Positions 62,778-64,000 of a stretch of 64,000 bases of DNA are shown here, in pieces. Every line of letters starts with the position of its first letter. Position 1 is the stretch's first letter. The notes beneath the pieces were generated by a model. It was not told the origin of the DNA and did not search any database. It worked only from the letters and a program-made list of their open reading frames with translations. The position numbers and the translations under genes were made by a program. The stretch comes from Patescibacteria group bacterium (GTDB lineage Bacteria > Patescibacteriota > Microgenomatia > UBA8517): contig DATDRP010000006.1 in NCBI GenBank assembly GCA_035291665.1, positions 145,255 through 209,254 of the forward strand. Direction: 5' to 3'.

Positions 62778-62942
62778 ATGTTAATCGGAGGAGCACAAAG
62801 TATTACATCATCAGCTCTCATTGCAGTACCCTTTTTCGGGTTTATCAGTAGTGGACTTTTATTAACCATAACAAAATTTCTGGGAGGTGTTGTTTTACTA
62901 AGCTTCAGCACGACTAGAATACTTAGGGTTTTCATCAGATAG
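62778..62942 (+). CDS. Possible small two-TM protein (54 aa), not in the ORF track
   Basis: MLIGGAQSITSSALIAVPFFGFISSGLLLTITKFLGGVVLLSFSTTRILRVFIR. It ends 14 nt before the GT2 start. No SD. Confidence 0.25.
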   Translation: MLIGGAQSITSSALIAVPFFGFISSGLLLTITKFLGGVVLLSFSTTRILRVFIR

Positions 62943-62956
62943 CAGACAAATTGAAT

Positions 62957-64000
62957 ATGGATGTATTTACGCTCTTCACTTTAATAATAGTTGTTTTGGG
63001 GACTTTAAATCTTTTCAGACTGACTTTTTTTATGGTGGGATCGGATATTTATGGTTTAAAAAATCATATACGCAAACGGAAAAAGTCAACATATGAACCG
63101 AATGTCATTGTTGTTATTCCGGCATACAACGAAGAGATAAGTATTACCTCATGTGTTACTTCCGTTCTACGAAGCAATTACCCCCGGGAAAAACTGGAAG
63201 TGATAGTGATCAATGATGGTTCAACCGACAAAACCAAAGAAATACTTGAAGAATATCAGCTAAAATCCAATGCCAGAAATCTAAAGATTGTCACTCAGGA
63301 AAATTCCGGAAAAGCTCATTCGTTGAATAACGGAATTCGCAATTATTCACACGGGGAACTGGTGATGTGTCTCGATGGGGATTCCATTCTATCGGAAAAT
63401 GCAATCAAAAATGCCGTTTTATATTTTGAAAAAGAAAATGTGATGGCGCTTGCATCAAATTTAAAAATTCAAAAAGGTAAGGGGATCTTAAATCTGATTC
63501 AAAGGTTTGAATATGCGGTTTCATACCAAATGAAAAAAGCCCAGACGGTTTTTAATATCGAATACATTATCGGGGGTGTGGGATCTATTTTCAGGCGTTC
63601 AATTCTGGAAAAAGTGCGCTTTTATGACACAAATACAGTGACAGAGGATATCGATTTGACTATGAAAATCATTAATAACGGCAATAAAGAATTCCGCGTG
63701 ATTTATGGTTCGGATGTTGTTGCATATACCCAAAGCGCGCTGACTATTAAAGATCTGATAAAACAGCGCTACCGCTGGAAATGGGGAAGATATCAAACTT
63801 TTTTGAAAAATAAGAAATTATTTTTTTCATTTGACAAAAAATATACAAAAGGGCTTTCTTGGTTTTATTTGCCTTTTGCACTTTTCACCGACATTACATT
63901 TTTCCTGGAGCCATTGATGCTGACTTATATCTGGCTTGTGATTTTGGGCCATCGGGATTACGGGAGTTTTTTGGTAATGATAGCAATCGTAACTTATTAC
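62957..64000 (+). CDS. Processive family-2 glycosyltransferase (PgaC/NodC/cellulose-synthase-like), 3' end outside window
   Basis: Open frame from ATG 62957 to the window end. VVIPAYNEE, INDGSTD, DGD, TEDIDL and the QRYRW (QxxRW) motif. Confidence 0.85.
   Translation, partial: MDVFTLFTLIIVVLGTLNLFRLTFFMVGSDIYGLKNHIRKRKKSTYEPNVIVVIPAYNEEISITSCVTSVLRSNYPREKLEVIVINDGSTDKTKEILEEYQLKSNARNLKIVTQENSGKAHSLNNGIRNYSHGELVMCLDGDSILSENAIKNAVLYFEKENVMALASNLKIQKGKGILNLIQRFEYAVSYQMKKAQTVFNIEYIIGGVGSIFRRSILEKVRFYDTNTVTEDIDLTMKIINNGNKEFRVIYGSDVVAYTQSALTIKDLIKQRYRWKWGRYQTFLKNKKLFFSFDKKYTKGLSWFYLPFALFTDITFFLEPLMLTYIWLVILGHRDYGSFLVMIAIVTYY

Noticed and set aside
62753-62935. 60-aa minus-strand ORF upstream of the GT2 gene
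   Set aside because: The opposite (+) strand carries a more protein-like two-TM ORF in the same place, co-oriented with and abutting the GT2 gene. Neither is strongly supported.
1-64000. Alternative genetic code (UGA recoding, as in some candidate phyla)
   Set aside because: Conserved genes end at TGA where homologs end, for example the response regulator at 17205-17207. They are full length under the standard code, and there is no sign of in-frame TGA inside conserved domains.
1-64000. tRNA/rRNA genes, transposases, integrases, prophage genes, and diversity-generating retroelements
   Set aside because: Scanning the intergenic regions by eye found no cloverleaf-compatible sequence with a GTTCRANYC T-loop. 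No ORF shows transposase, integrase, reverse transcriptase or phage structural motifs. A proper tRNAscan/Infernal run would be needed to be certain.

Overview
AT-rich, gene-dense bacterial window that reads cleanly in the standard code (TGA is used as a stop). There are about 65 protein genes and one RNase P RNA. I found no tRNA, rRNA, CRISPR array, transposase or integrase. Housekeeping genes: rny (5' truncated), hup, miaA, rnpB, secD/secF, cca, recJ, rel, aspS, gltX, dtd, comM, an endonuclease III-like gene, sodA, a malic enzyme and an alpha-glucan phosphorylase. A type IV pilus locus with no secretin spans 4.2-14.1 kb (pilB, pilC, three divergently transcribed pseudopilin/PilX-like genes, a PilM-PilN fusion, a PilO-like gene and a pilin). 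It is followed by a UbiA-family gene and a histidine kinase with two receiver-only response regulators. A cell-envelope neighbourhood at 51-64 kb holds an amidase, MltG, a VanW-like gene, an L,D-transpeptidase, a processive GT2 (3' truncated) and a 1476-aa multidomain secreted protein. The AspRS lacks the GAD domain, the EndoIII-like protein has no Fe-S cysteines, the pilus locus has no secretin, and many small membrane proteins are present. This pattern suggests a reduced-genome CPR/Patescibacteria-like organism, which is inference only. The most unusual signal is a dispersed family of intergenic mosaic elements written almost entirely in A/C/T on one strand: 3 G in 242 nt at 53788-54029, 5 G in 228 nt at 59598-59825, 1 G in 135 nt at 53066-53200. 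The copies share long near-identical blocks. Some lie in inverted orientation elsewhere (661-778). Two of them bracket a pair of small ORFs that each carry the same 38-bp 5' module. Other observations: a duplicated 3' end of rnpB with tandem terminators, recurrent leaderless-type promoter geometry, and a small zinc-ribbon gene missing from the ORF track.
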